Virus record (IMG/VR): IMGVR_UViG_3300009671_000009
Coordinates: 1-64,000 of that record
Direction: 5' to 3' (one strand)
DNA from: a virus
Taxonomy: Duplodnaviria > Caudoviricetes
Length of the DNA: 64,000 nt
Shown: in pieces, positions 29,749 to 36,708 of the stretch
Layout: each line of letters begins with the position of its first letter
Numbering within the stretch: the first letter of the stretch is position 1
The notes under the pieces: generated by a model
Database searches by the model: none
Told to the model about the DNA's origin: nothing
Seen by the model: the letters and a program-made list of their open reading frames with translations, nothing else
Translations under genes and position numbers: made by a program

Positions 29749-30027
29749 ATGGATAAAAGTCTATATAACTTTTATATTAAAGTCGGCATGGCGAGTGGTA
29801 AGGAGAATGTCTGCGATGGAAAGAAACAGCTTACAAGTGAATCATATGCTAGAAAAGTGGCTCTAAAATCCACTTTACTATATAAGGCGCAAATGGTACA
29901 CTATCCATGCGTGTTCTGCGGAAATTGGCATGTTGGGCACAAAATGCCCTTCTCCAAAATGTTAATACTTGAGAAAAGAGGAGAAGAATTTCTAAAGCAG
30001 CACGGATTAAAACCTAAAACAAGTTAA
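29749..30027 (+). CDS. hypothetical zinc-binding protein
   Basis: YPCVFCGNWHVGH. Confidence 0.65.
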   Translation: MDKSLYNFYIKVGMASGKENVCDGKKQLTSESYARKVALKSTLLYKAQMVHYPCVFCGNWHVGHKMPFSKMLILEKRGEEFLKQHGLKPKTS

Positions 30028-30031
30028 TTAT

Positions 30032-30106
30032 GGCCCCATCGTCTAGTGGTTAGGACTCCTGGTTCTCAGTCAGGGTACGCGGGTTCGAATCCCACTGGGG
30101 CTACCA
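30032..30106 (+). tRNA. tRNA-Glu(CTC), canonical
   Basis: CCTGG-TTCTCAG-TCAGG; CCA. Confidence 0.92.
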
Positions 30107-30122
30107 AATAATTAGTTAATCT

Positions 30123-30199
30123 GGCCCCTTCGTCTAACAGAACTAAGGACGCCGCCCCTCAAGGCGGAGATGTGCGTTTGAGCCGTGCAGGGGCTACCA
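30123..30199 (+). tRNA. tRNA-Glu-like, 6-nt anticodon loop
   Basis: CCGCC-CCTCAA-GGCGG; CCA. Confidence 0.6.
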
Positions 30200-30221
30200 A
30201 TATACAAAAGGAGGCACAATA

Positions 30222-30851
30222 ATGGCAAAGCTAATTATGTTCAGTAGCTTAACACCTTTTGCAAGACAAGAAGCTAATAAAGTCATTAGGATGCTTCCTG
30301 AAATATCAGGGACAGGCTACTTGTCAATTGGTTATCTGCCATGTACAGATGAAGTCTACTTAGATCAATTAACAGAATCAGTTATGCTTAATTGTTACCT
30401 TGAGTCTCTAGGTATTGGAACAGTTAAACCTATCTTAGATATTGATGAAGACTTGGGCCTGTATGACGGTATCTTCCTTCCAGGAGGAAATACTTTCGAG
30501 ATACTAAGCTATCTTAAAAATAGCAAATTCTTTTTTAAATTGAAAACATTTGCTGATGATCAAAATAAAATACTTATTGGAAAATCAGCAGGTTCTATTA
30601 TTATGACTCCAACTATCAAAATAGCTCAGTTTGCTGACGACAACGAAAGCGAACTTGATGACCTTAGAGCTCTTGGTTTGGTTGACTTTGAAGTCAAACC
30701 TCATTGGAATCAGTGGAAAAATAAGAAACAAGTATTTCTCGACTATTCCTTACTTTCCAATTCATTAATTTACGGAATTCCAGAAGGTGAAGCAATTATT
30801 GTCAACAATGGCGATGTTCAGTTCACATCAGGAATAGTAAAAATAGCTTAG
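30222..30851 (+). CDS. peptidase S51 (dipeptidase E-like)
   Basis: GGNTF, GKSAGS, LGLVDF..PHW. Confidence 0.85.
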   Translation: MAKLIMFSSLTPFARQEANKVIRMLPEISGTGYLSIGYLPCTDEVYLDQLTESVMLNCYLESLGIGTVKPILDIDEDLGLYDGIFLPGGNTFEILSYLKNSKFFFKLKTFADDQNKILIGKSAGSIIMTPTIKIAQFADDNESELDDLRALGLVDFEVKPHWNQWKNKKQVFLDYSLLSNSLIYGIPEGEAIIVNNGDVQFTSGIVKIA

Positions 30852-30858
30852 CTAATAT

Positions 30859-30959
30859 GGGGGTTTCGTCTAGCGGAGACTATGTCTGCAGAGACAAGGT
30901 CATAGGACATTCACCTTCTCGGGTGAAAGATGTGAGTTCGAATCTTACAACCCCTACCA
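30859..30959 (+). tRNA. tRNA-Glu(CTC)-like with D-loop hairpin insertion and 8-nt loop
   Basis: TTCAC-CTTCTCGG-GTGAA; about 24-nt insert in the D loop; CCA. Confidence 0.7.
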
Positions 30960-30972
30960 ATATAATCAACAT

Positions 30973-31088
30973 GGCCCTTTCGTCTAGTGGTGAGTAAGCA
31001 TGTTACTGTAGTAGGTAACGCATTCTCTTTTAAGGACATCTCCTCTCTCAGGGAGAAGACGTTGGTTCGAATCCAGCAAGGGCTACCA
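30973..31088 (+). tRNA. tRNA-Glu(CTC)-like with D-loop hairpin insertion and 8-nt loop
   Basis: TCTCC-TCTCTCAG-GGAGA; about 36-nt insert in the D loop; CCA. Confidence 0.7.
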
Positions 31089-31224
31089 ATACAATATGAG
31101 GATAAGTTTGGCCACATCCCATGCATGATTGAAAAATGGGCTTTGGAACTAAACCATGCTGAAGAAAGAAATACCGTACTTGACCTATGTCAGCGCCAGC
31201 TCGACCGAATAATTCGTTAACACA

Positions 31225-31253
31225 TTGATATATGTTGCATCCTATGGTATAAT
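31225..31253 (+). promoter_or_regulatory. sigma-A/70 promoter
   Basis: TTGATA-17-TATAAT, extended TG. Confidence 0.7.
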
Positions 31254-31270
31254 AACCATGGTGATACAAC

Positions 31271-31753
31271 TTGAACAACGAAAAATCCAACCAATTAGGT
31301 ATATCCTTTTCAACTGCATGTGGGAGACTTCGTAAAGAAGTAATGTTTCATCTCGTACAAAAATGTGAGATGGATATATGCTGTAGATGTGGAACCAAAA
31401 TATTATGTTCTCAGGATCTAACAATCGATCATATAATGCCGTGGCTACATAGCGAAAATCCAGCAGAAAGTTTCTTTGACATAAACAATATTGCTTTTAG
31501 CCATTCAAAATGTAATTACGGCCTTAATCGCGGATCGTTTAAGCCAAAAAGCTCTACTGGCTACAAAGGGGTATACTATCAGAAAGATAGGAAGCGTAAT
31601 AAGAGATTTAAAGCAATGATCTCTATTAAAGACAAAATGAAAGTTATAGGATACTTCGATACACCAATAGAAGCAGCGAAAGCATATGACGAAGTAGCGG
31701 TAGCTACGTTCAACGAAAATGCAGTAACTAACAAGTCGCTAGGTTTAATTTAA
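31271..31753 (+). CDS. HNH endonuclease with AP2 DNA-binding domain
   Basis: TIDHI...NIAFSHSKCN; STGYKGVY...GYFDTPIEAAKAYD. Confidence 0.88.
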   Translation: MNNEKSNQLGISFSTACGRLRKEVMFHLVQKCEMDICCRCGTKILCSQDLTIDHIMPWLHSENPAESFFDINNIAFSHSKCNYGLNRGSFKPKSSTGYKGVYYQKDRKRNKRFKAMISIKDKMKVIGYFDTPIEAAKAYDEVAVATFNENAVTNKSLGLI

Positions 31754-31756
31754 TAC

Positions 31757-31845
31757 GGGCGTGTAGACCTCTAAGGAGGGGGCGCTGACTGTAAATCAGC
31801 TATCCGAAAGGATCCGAGTGGGTTCGATTCCCTCTATGCCCACCA
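31757..31845 (+). tRNA. tRNA-Tyr(GTA)
   Basis: GCTGA-CTGTAAA-TCAGC; long variable arm; CCA. Confidence 0.9.
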
Positions 31846-32288
31846 TATATTATCTACGGAGTGCAAGTACGTAGAGAACGCCCGAACAAGGGGCAACAGT
31901 AGGGCAAACGTTCCACGTCAGTGCCCCTGAGCCACATGTGGCAATAGTCGGCGGGTAATCGCGGATGAGACGCTGCTACGTGGGACACCAAAAAACCATC
32001 CACGTAAGGCAAATGAGTTTCTGGGATGAACCCAGAATTATTTCATTATATGTGGGGTGGCTTTATGATCACTAAGATCAGGCAAGAAGCCTATGTTCCT
32101 ATGCGTCGTGCATTTAATGACTTTAAAATAGTCGTTGATAAACACACTACTGCTAGGAACATCCAACTCTTCGCAGCCTATAAAGCAGTCAGAATTGATT
32201 GCTACGAAGGATCGAAGACTAGGAACAAGAAAAAAACGGCATAATACGAGGGGTATTATTTGCCCCTCGCCCCACACAAATTTATGTA

Positions 32289-32317
32289 TTGACAAAAGTA
32301 ACAAAGCATGGTAGAAT
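32289..32317 (+). promoter_or_regulatory. sigma-A/70 promoter driving the Y-RNA-like array
   Basis: TTGACA-17-TAGAAT with extended TG, 7 nt before unit 1. Confidence 0.85.
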
Positions 32318-32324
32318 AGGAAAT

Positions 32325-32390
32325 GTGAGGCGTTTAAGAAGAGCTACTTCGATTTGGACGAAACACGGCTTTTCTAGCAATTTTCCTCAC
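32325..32390 (+). ncRNA. Y-RNA-like unit 1 (cargo: anticodon-like stem-loop, TTG)
   Basis: GTGAGGCG..TACTTCG...TTTTCCTCAC. Confidence 0.75.
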
Positions 32391-32408
32391 GTATAATAAG
32401 TATATAAG

Positions 32409-32552
32409 ATCAAATGAGGCGTTTTGTGGCGATACTTCGACTTTTTTAGCTAAAGAGGGGTCTGGGTTCGAATCCCAGCTTACAGGGAAACCTGCATGTG
32501 GTGTAACGGGAGCACGTAAAAGGACGCGTCACTACCTTTTTCCTCATTTGAT
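32409..32552 (+). ncRNA. Y-RNA-like unit 2 (YrlA-like permuted tRNA domain)
   Basis: scaffold plus T arm CTGGG-TTCGAAT-CCCAG, GAAA-capped acceptor, D arm. Confidence 0.8.
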
Positions 32553-32566
32553 TTAAATAAGATTAC

Positions 32567-32709
32567 AACTGAGGCGTTAGAAAGAGTTACTTCGCATTAG
32601 GAGCGCGGCTGTGGAGGTTCAAGTCCTTCTCCCCTGACCAATTTTATATCAGGGGATAGCTTAACTGGCAGAGCACGTAAACGTTACTTTTTCGCTATTT
32701 TCCTCAGTT
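32567..32709 (+). ncRNA. Y-RNA-like unit 3 (complete permuted tRNA with internal CCA, TAG loop)
   Basis: scaffold plus T arm, TCCCCTG-A-CCA, linker, CAGGGGA-TA-D arm. Confidence 0.85.
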
Positions 32710-32718
32710 AAGTTTAAC

Positions 32719-32813
32719 AAATGGGGCGCTTGATTGGGATACTTCGAGGATTATCAAATCTTCACCAGGGCGGCAGCCGACATACATGCACCTAGCCTAT
32801 ATTTACCCCATTT
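32719..32813 (+). ncRNA. Y-RNA-like unit 4
   Basis: compensatory GGGG/CCCC outer stem; CG-N11-TACTTCG. Confidence 0.75.
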
Positions 32814-32827
32814 AAATAAGCTCAATA

Positions 32828-32969
32828 ACAGTGAGGCGTCAGATAGAGTTACTTCGTTGCAGCCAAAAATTGCGATATAGTTTAACACTGGTTAAAACAC
32901 CAGGGAAACCTGGAGAATTCGGTTCAAGTCCGTCTTAATAGGAACTTTGTCGCCCATTTACCTCACTGT
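32828..32969 (+). ncRNA. Y-RNA-like unit 5 (tRNA permuted at the T-arm/acceptor junction)
   Basis: scaffold plus GTTGCA-G-CCA, TGCGATA-TA-D arm, GAAA-capped anticodon stem, T arm. Confidence 0.8.
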
Positions 32970-32976
32970 AAATTTT

Positions 32977-33108
32977 AAACTTGGGTGTCGGTTACATACC
33001 GACAGGGAAACTAGATAGGGACGTGCCGCCCCTAATAACCTACCATTACCCGTTCTACTGCTTCTAGTGCTGTAGGTAGACGCTGTGAAAGTCAGCAAGC
33101 CCAAGTTT
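32977..33108 (+). ncRNA. structured RNA inside the array lacking the Y-like scaffold
   Basis: AAACTTGGG/CCCAAGTTT closing stem, several internal hairpins. Confidence 0.55.
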
Positions 33109-33124
33109 TTATAAAGTTTAATAG

Positions 33125-33340
33125 TAAGCGAAGCGCTTGAAGGGGTTACTTCTTAATTCTAAAAGATGAATTGGTTTAGAAGGAAACTTCTATCTCAAGC
33201 ACGACGGGCGGGTGCCACCCCGATATAACGGCATGGCTGCGTGAGCCAAGAGCGCTTTCACCCTAATGGCCTCCTTTCCCAAGTTAAGGCCCCTTTCGAG
33301 GATAATGGGTGGGTTCCCTCTTCACTAATTTCTTCGCTTA
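33125..33340 (+). ncRNA. Y-RNA-like unit 6 (large non-tRNA cargo)
   Basis: compensatory GAAG/CTTC outer stem; CG-N11-TACTTC. Confidence 0.75.
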
Positions 33341-33386
33341 TTTAAGTTTCCCTTGATGGGTTTCCATTATAAGCATCACTCCTTCA

Positions 33387-33485
33387 TAACTAAACGAGGC
33401 GACAGTAAGGGATACTTCGCACAAGAACCTGGCCTAGAGCTTGGTAAAAAAACGAGCCTTTACAGCCATTTCCCTCGTTTAGTTA
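33387..33485 (+). ncRNA. Y-RNA-like unit 7
   Basis: TAACTAAACGAGG/CCTCGTTTAGTTA; GTAAGGG/CCTTTAC. Confidence 0.8.
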
Positions 33486-33548
33486 CGTAATCAAAGTGAG
33501 ATTTTACCTCGCTTTAAAATAAAAGTTTGTCCACTAAATTATACAACT

Positions 33549-33623
33549 AGAGAGGCGTCAGTCAGGGATACTTCGATAACTGTTAATTATCTAAAAAGGG
33601 CCTTGGCAAACTTTTTCCTCTCT
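33549..33623 (+). ncRNA. Y-RNA-like unit 8 (cargo: bare Asn anticodon stem-loop)
   Basis: scaffold plus GATAA-CTGTTAA-TTATC. Confidence 0.8.
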
Positions 33624-33637
33624 CGATAAAGTTCAAC

Positions 33638-33780
33638 AATCGAGGCGACAGAGAGCGTTACTTCGCCTGTTAAGCCGTAGGTCGTAGGTTCGAATCCTCC
33701 CGCCCCCGTCAAATTATATGGGGGTGTAGCTCAGTGGATAGAGCAACGTAAACGTACGTTCTCGACCTTTTCCCTCGATT
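33638..33780 (+). ncRNA. Y-RNA-like unit 9 (complete permuted tRNA, GTT loop)
   Basis: scaffold plus CTGTTAA loop, T arm, CGCCCCC/GGGGGTG acceptor, D arm. Confidence 0.85.
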
Positions 33781-33790
33781 AAAAAAATTC

Positions 33791-33931
33791 AGATGAGGCG
33801 ACAGTAAGGGATACTTCAAAGGAAATCAGCGTGTCGTGGGTTCAAGTCCCACTCCCCTGACTAATCAGGGGGTAGCTCAGTTGGCAGAGCAACCGACAAT
33901 AAAGAGGCCTTTACAACCATTTTCCTCATCT
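33791..33931 (+). ncRNA. Y-RNA-like unit 10 (YrlA-like permuted tRNA domain)
   Basis: scaffold plus GTGGG-TTCAAGT-CCCAC, TCCCCTG/CAGGGGG, D arm. Confidence 0.85.
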
Positions 33932-33948
33932 AAATTTAAGCTAACTTT

Positions 33949-33990
33949 AACGGGAGTGGTCTATCTAAAGGTAGATTGCTCACGTTTTTT
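33949..33990 (+). terminator. hairpin plus T-run between the array and the Ro60 gene (terminator or attenuator)
   Basis: AACG..GAGTGGTCTATC/GGTAGATTGCTC..CGTT then TTTT. Confidence 0.5.
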
Positions 33991-34016
33991 ATTACTTCCA
34001 ATAAGGAGGCGTTCGA

Positions 34017-35519
34017 ATGGCAAGAGTAAAACAAATGTTTGGCACTCCGCAAATTCCTGTTGCGGACACCACGAATCGTGATGGGTATGATGCTTACACC
34101 CGAAGCATCTACGAGCAATTCGTTCAAACTCTGTTCTGCAATACACTGGGTAATACCTACTATGCAGACAGCAAAGAAATGCTCAAAGAAGCCAGCAAAG
34201 TGCACCAAGACATGCTGAAGGAAGACAAGTTCTTCTTTGCTGACGCGCTACCCGTAGCACGCCAAGAAGGGTGCATGAAACTTCAACCTGTCTATGCTCT
34301 GTCTTTGTTAGCTGCAACCGACCCAGGCTTGTTTGAAAAAACATTCCCTGGAGTGGTATTGATCCCATCCGATCTCCAAGACTTCATGACTATCCTTGAT
34401 AGTGCTGGTCGTGGACAAGGTGGCCGCGCTGTAAAGCGAACAGTTGCCAACTGGATGAATGAAAAGATGTCCGAATACTGGGCGATTAAATACGACGGTG
34501 ACGCTCGTGGCTATTCTCTCGGTGATTTGGTTCAGACCATTCATCCGAAACCTAAGAACAGCTTTGTCTCTGGTCTTTATGGTTACTTAATCGGCTCAGA
34601 AAAGGTTAATCTTGCAGAGTACAAGCAGTTAACTGCTTATCAGGCTCTGAAGAAGACGACCGATCCGAAGGAACAGATTCGTCTGGTGCGCGAAGGCAGA
34701 CTTCCCCACGAAGTCGTGACTGGCGTAACCAAAATGAGTCCCGACCTTTGGGACGCTCTTGTCCAAGATATGCCTGTCTTTGCTACCTTACGTAACCTGA
34801 ATGCCCTGGATAGGGTTGGTGTCCTCGACAAAAATCGTAAGATTATCGAAGAGAGACTCACCAATCCTGAAATACTGGCTAAGTCCAAGATTCTGCCGTT
34901 CAGGTTCCTAAATGCCTTCGACAACGTATCCAAGGCGTGGGTCAAAGATGCTCTACGGTCGGCGGTTGAAGCTACCTTCAATAACCTACCTGAGATCTCT
35001 GGCAAAACTGCGATCTTCTTGGACGTCTCTGGGTCGATGAGCGGAGAATATTTGAAGATCGGTTCGGTCTTCGCAATAGCTCTCTACAAAAAGACTCGTG
35101 GCAACGGTTTGTTCTGGTTGTTCGATACTCGTGTATTTGATGGACAACCTTCATTGCATGATTCGATCTTAACCCAAGCAAACAAAATCCACACCAGAGG
35201 CGGCACCAATACAGGTGCTCCGATGCGAAAATTATGGCAAGACCGTGAAAAAGTAGACAACATCATCATGATTACTGATGAACAGCAAAACACTGGGAAT
35301 CCGTTTTATGGTGAGTTAGCTGAATATCGGAGACACATTAACCCGAATGTAAAAACATTCATTATTGATATCTCTGGTTATCGGCAAGCCATGGTTCCTC
35401 AAGGCGATCCGAATACTTTCTACATCTACGGATGGTCGGATCAAGTCCTCAACTATATTTCAATGGCCTCCAAAGGCTTTGGAACTATCGTTGATGCGAT
35501 CAAAGCCAAAAGAAAGTAA
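34017..35519 (+). CDS. rsr: Ro60/TROVE domain RNA-binding protein (Rsr) with C-terminal vWA
   Basis: TNRDGYDAY, NTYY, MP..ATLRNLN, ILPFRFL.A, vWA DVSGSM and ITDEQ, GWSD. Confidence 0.93.
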   Translation: MARVKQMFGTPQIPVADTTNRDGYDAYTRSIYEQFVQTLFCNTLGNTYYADSKEMLKEASKVHQDMLKEDKFFFADALPVARQEGCMKLQPVYALSLLAATDPGLFEKTFPGVVLIPSDLQDFMTILDSAGRGQGGRAVKRTVANWMNEKMSEYWAIKYDGDARGYSLGDLVQTIHPKPKNSFVSGLYGYLIGSEKVNLAEYKQLTAYQALKKTTDPKEQIRLVREGRLPHEVVTGVTKMSPDLWDALVQDMPVFATLRNLNALDRVGVLDKNRKIIEERLTNPEILAKSKILPFRFLNAFDNVSKAWVKDALRSAVEATFNNLPEISGKTAIFLDVSGSMSGEYLKIGSVFAIALYKKTRGNGLFWLFDTRVFDGQPSLHDSILTQANKIHTRGGTNTGAPMRKLWQDREKVDNIIMITDEQQNTGNPFYGELAEYRRHINPNVKTFIIDISGYRQAMVPQGDPNTFYIYGWSDQVLNYISMASKGFGTIVDAIKAKRK

Positions 35520-35527
35520 CAATTAGG

Positions 35528-35555
35528 AGGCGATCAGAAATGATCGCCTTTTTTT
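35528..35555 (+). terminator. intrinsic terminator
   Basis: AGGCGATCA/TGATCGCCT plus T-run. Confidence 0.8.
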
Positions 35556-35564
35556 GTTCCCGAG

Positions 35565-35894
35565 GTGAGAACATTGGATAGTAATTGGATATATGAAATG
35601 CAAAACAATCTAGTTCACAAGTGCTATCATTGTTATGAACAGCATAAAAGTGAAACTAAAATGACACTAAAATCGCAACATAAAGATAAAGTTATAGCCC
35701 AATGCTGTTATCTTACTTATCTGTGTAAACATTTTTACCACATTGATAATATAACTGATCAAGCTTTCTATGATGATTGTTTAGATCACAACAGGCTAGG
35801 AACGTGCACTGCGTTTGTTAAAAAGAAACCTCCTGTACCGTTTAAGATAAAGTTACTTCGATGGTGGAAAAGGAAATTTGGCAATGTTCACTAA
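35565..35894 (+). CDS. hypothetical protein
   Basis: ORF rich in Cys and His. Confidence 0.5.
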   Translation: MRTLDSNWIYEMQNNLVHKCYHCYEQHKSETKMTLKSQHKDKVIAQCCYLTYLCKHFYHIDNITDQAFYDDCLDHNRLGTCTAFVKKKPPVPFKIKLLRWWKRKFGNVH

Positions 35895-36687
35895 ACTTAT
35901 AGATAAATATCTCAACGACATCTTTACTCCAGAGCAGCAGAAGATAGACCATGTGTCAAAATTTGTAGACTTTATCTATAGGCAACCTCAAGGAAACGCC
36001 GAGGTGTCTAGAAAGGTTAAAGGAAGCCAATATAACCAAGCGCGTCTATCTGTTGGATTCTGCCACAATACTTTAGAAAGTCTATTTAGAGTAATCAAGT
36101 TTCTCTCGGGTATCGAGGGAGTAAACTTAGATCCTATGTTGGAATTTTTACTTCAATCAGATCAATCACAAATCCAACTGATAGTTTTTGGTCTAGAGCT
36201 GGGAGCCTCTGCCAGCAAGACACGATATAAAGTTCACATTCAGTATTACAAACATCCTCGAATCGTGGATGTTATATTGAACAATCCCTGCTCTAATCCT
36301 AAATCGTTTAATTTCTTACCGTTTGGAGAAGCCACTGTGGGATTTGATTTATTTCTGGATGGAAGAACAGAATATCGGGTATATGTTTCATTCGATACTC
36401 CGCAACGGTATAAACTTTTATTCGGAAGATTCTTTGAGCCACATATTGTAGATGCCCTATATCGTTCGGAAAACGCATGGCTTGCCTGGAAAAACAGCAA
36501 CTCTGAAACATTTGTTTATTTCCTGGATGATAAGTTAGATCCAATAATTGATAGTTTACAATTTGAGGATCTAGACCAGAATATGTTGGACTTTAATGGA
36601 ATTCGTCCTTATATTTTTGGTACAACTCTTTCTGACTTACAAACTAGGAAACTTAACGAATATAATATTTATTTTTCATTAGCTTAA
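35884..36687 (+). CDS. possible LynF/TruF/PatF-like (ABBA-fold) prenyltransferase
   Basis: VFGLEL....SKTRYKVHI and VGFDLFLDGRTEYRVY resemble remembered family motifs. Confidence 0.45.
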   Translation: MFTKLIDKYLNDIFTPEQQKIDHVSKFVDFIYRQPQGNAEVSRKVKGSQYNQARLSVGFCHNTLESLFRVIKFLSGIEGVNLDPMLEFLLQSDQSQIQLIVFGLELGASASKTRYKVHIQYYKHPRIVDVILNNPCSNPKSFNFLPFGEATVGFDLFLDGRTEYRVYVSFDTPQRYKLLFGRFFEPHIVDALYRSENAWLAWKNSNSETFVYFLDDKLDPIIDSLQFEDLDQNMLDFNGIRPYIFGTTLSDLQTRKLNEYNIYFSLA

Positions 36688-36708
36688 AAATGGTGGCGAA
36701 ACTAATTA

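Noticed and set aside
32325-33931. CRISPR array interpretation of the repeated motif
   Set aside because: Repeats are bipartite, degenerate and covary as RNA stems; inserts vary from about 15 to 165 nt and are tRNA-like; no cas genes in the window.
33836-34081. 81-aa ORF overlapping array unit 10 (likewise 30987-31220, 27771 and the 5' parts of 24387, 37145, 53794, 62777)
   Set aside because: These are translations of tRNA or tRNA-like sequence and have no RBS.
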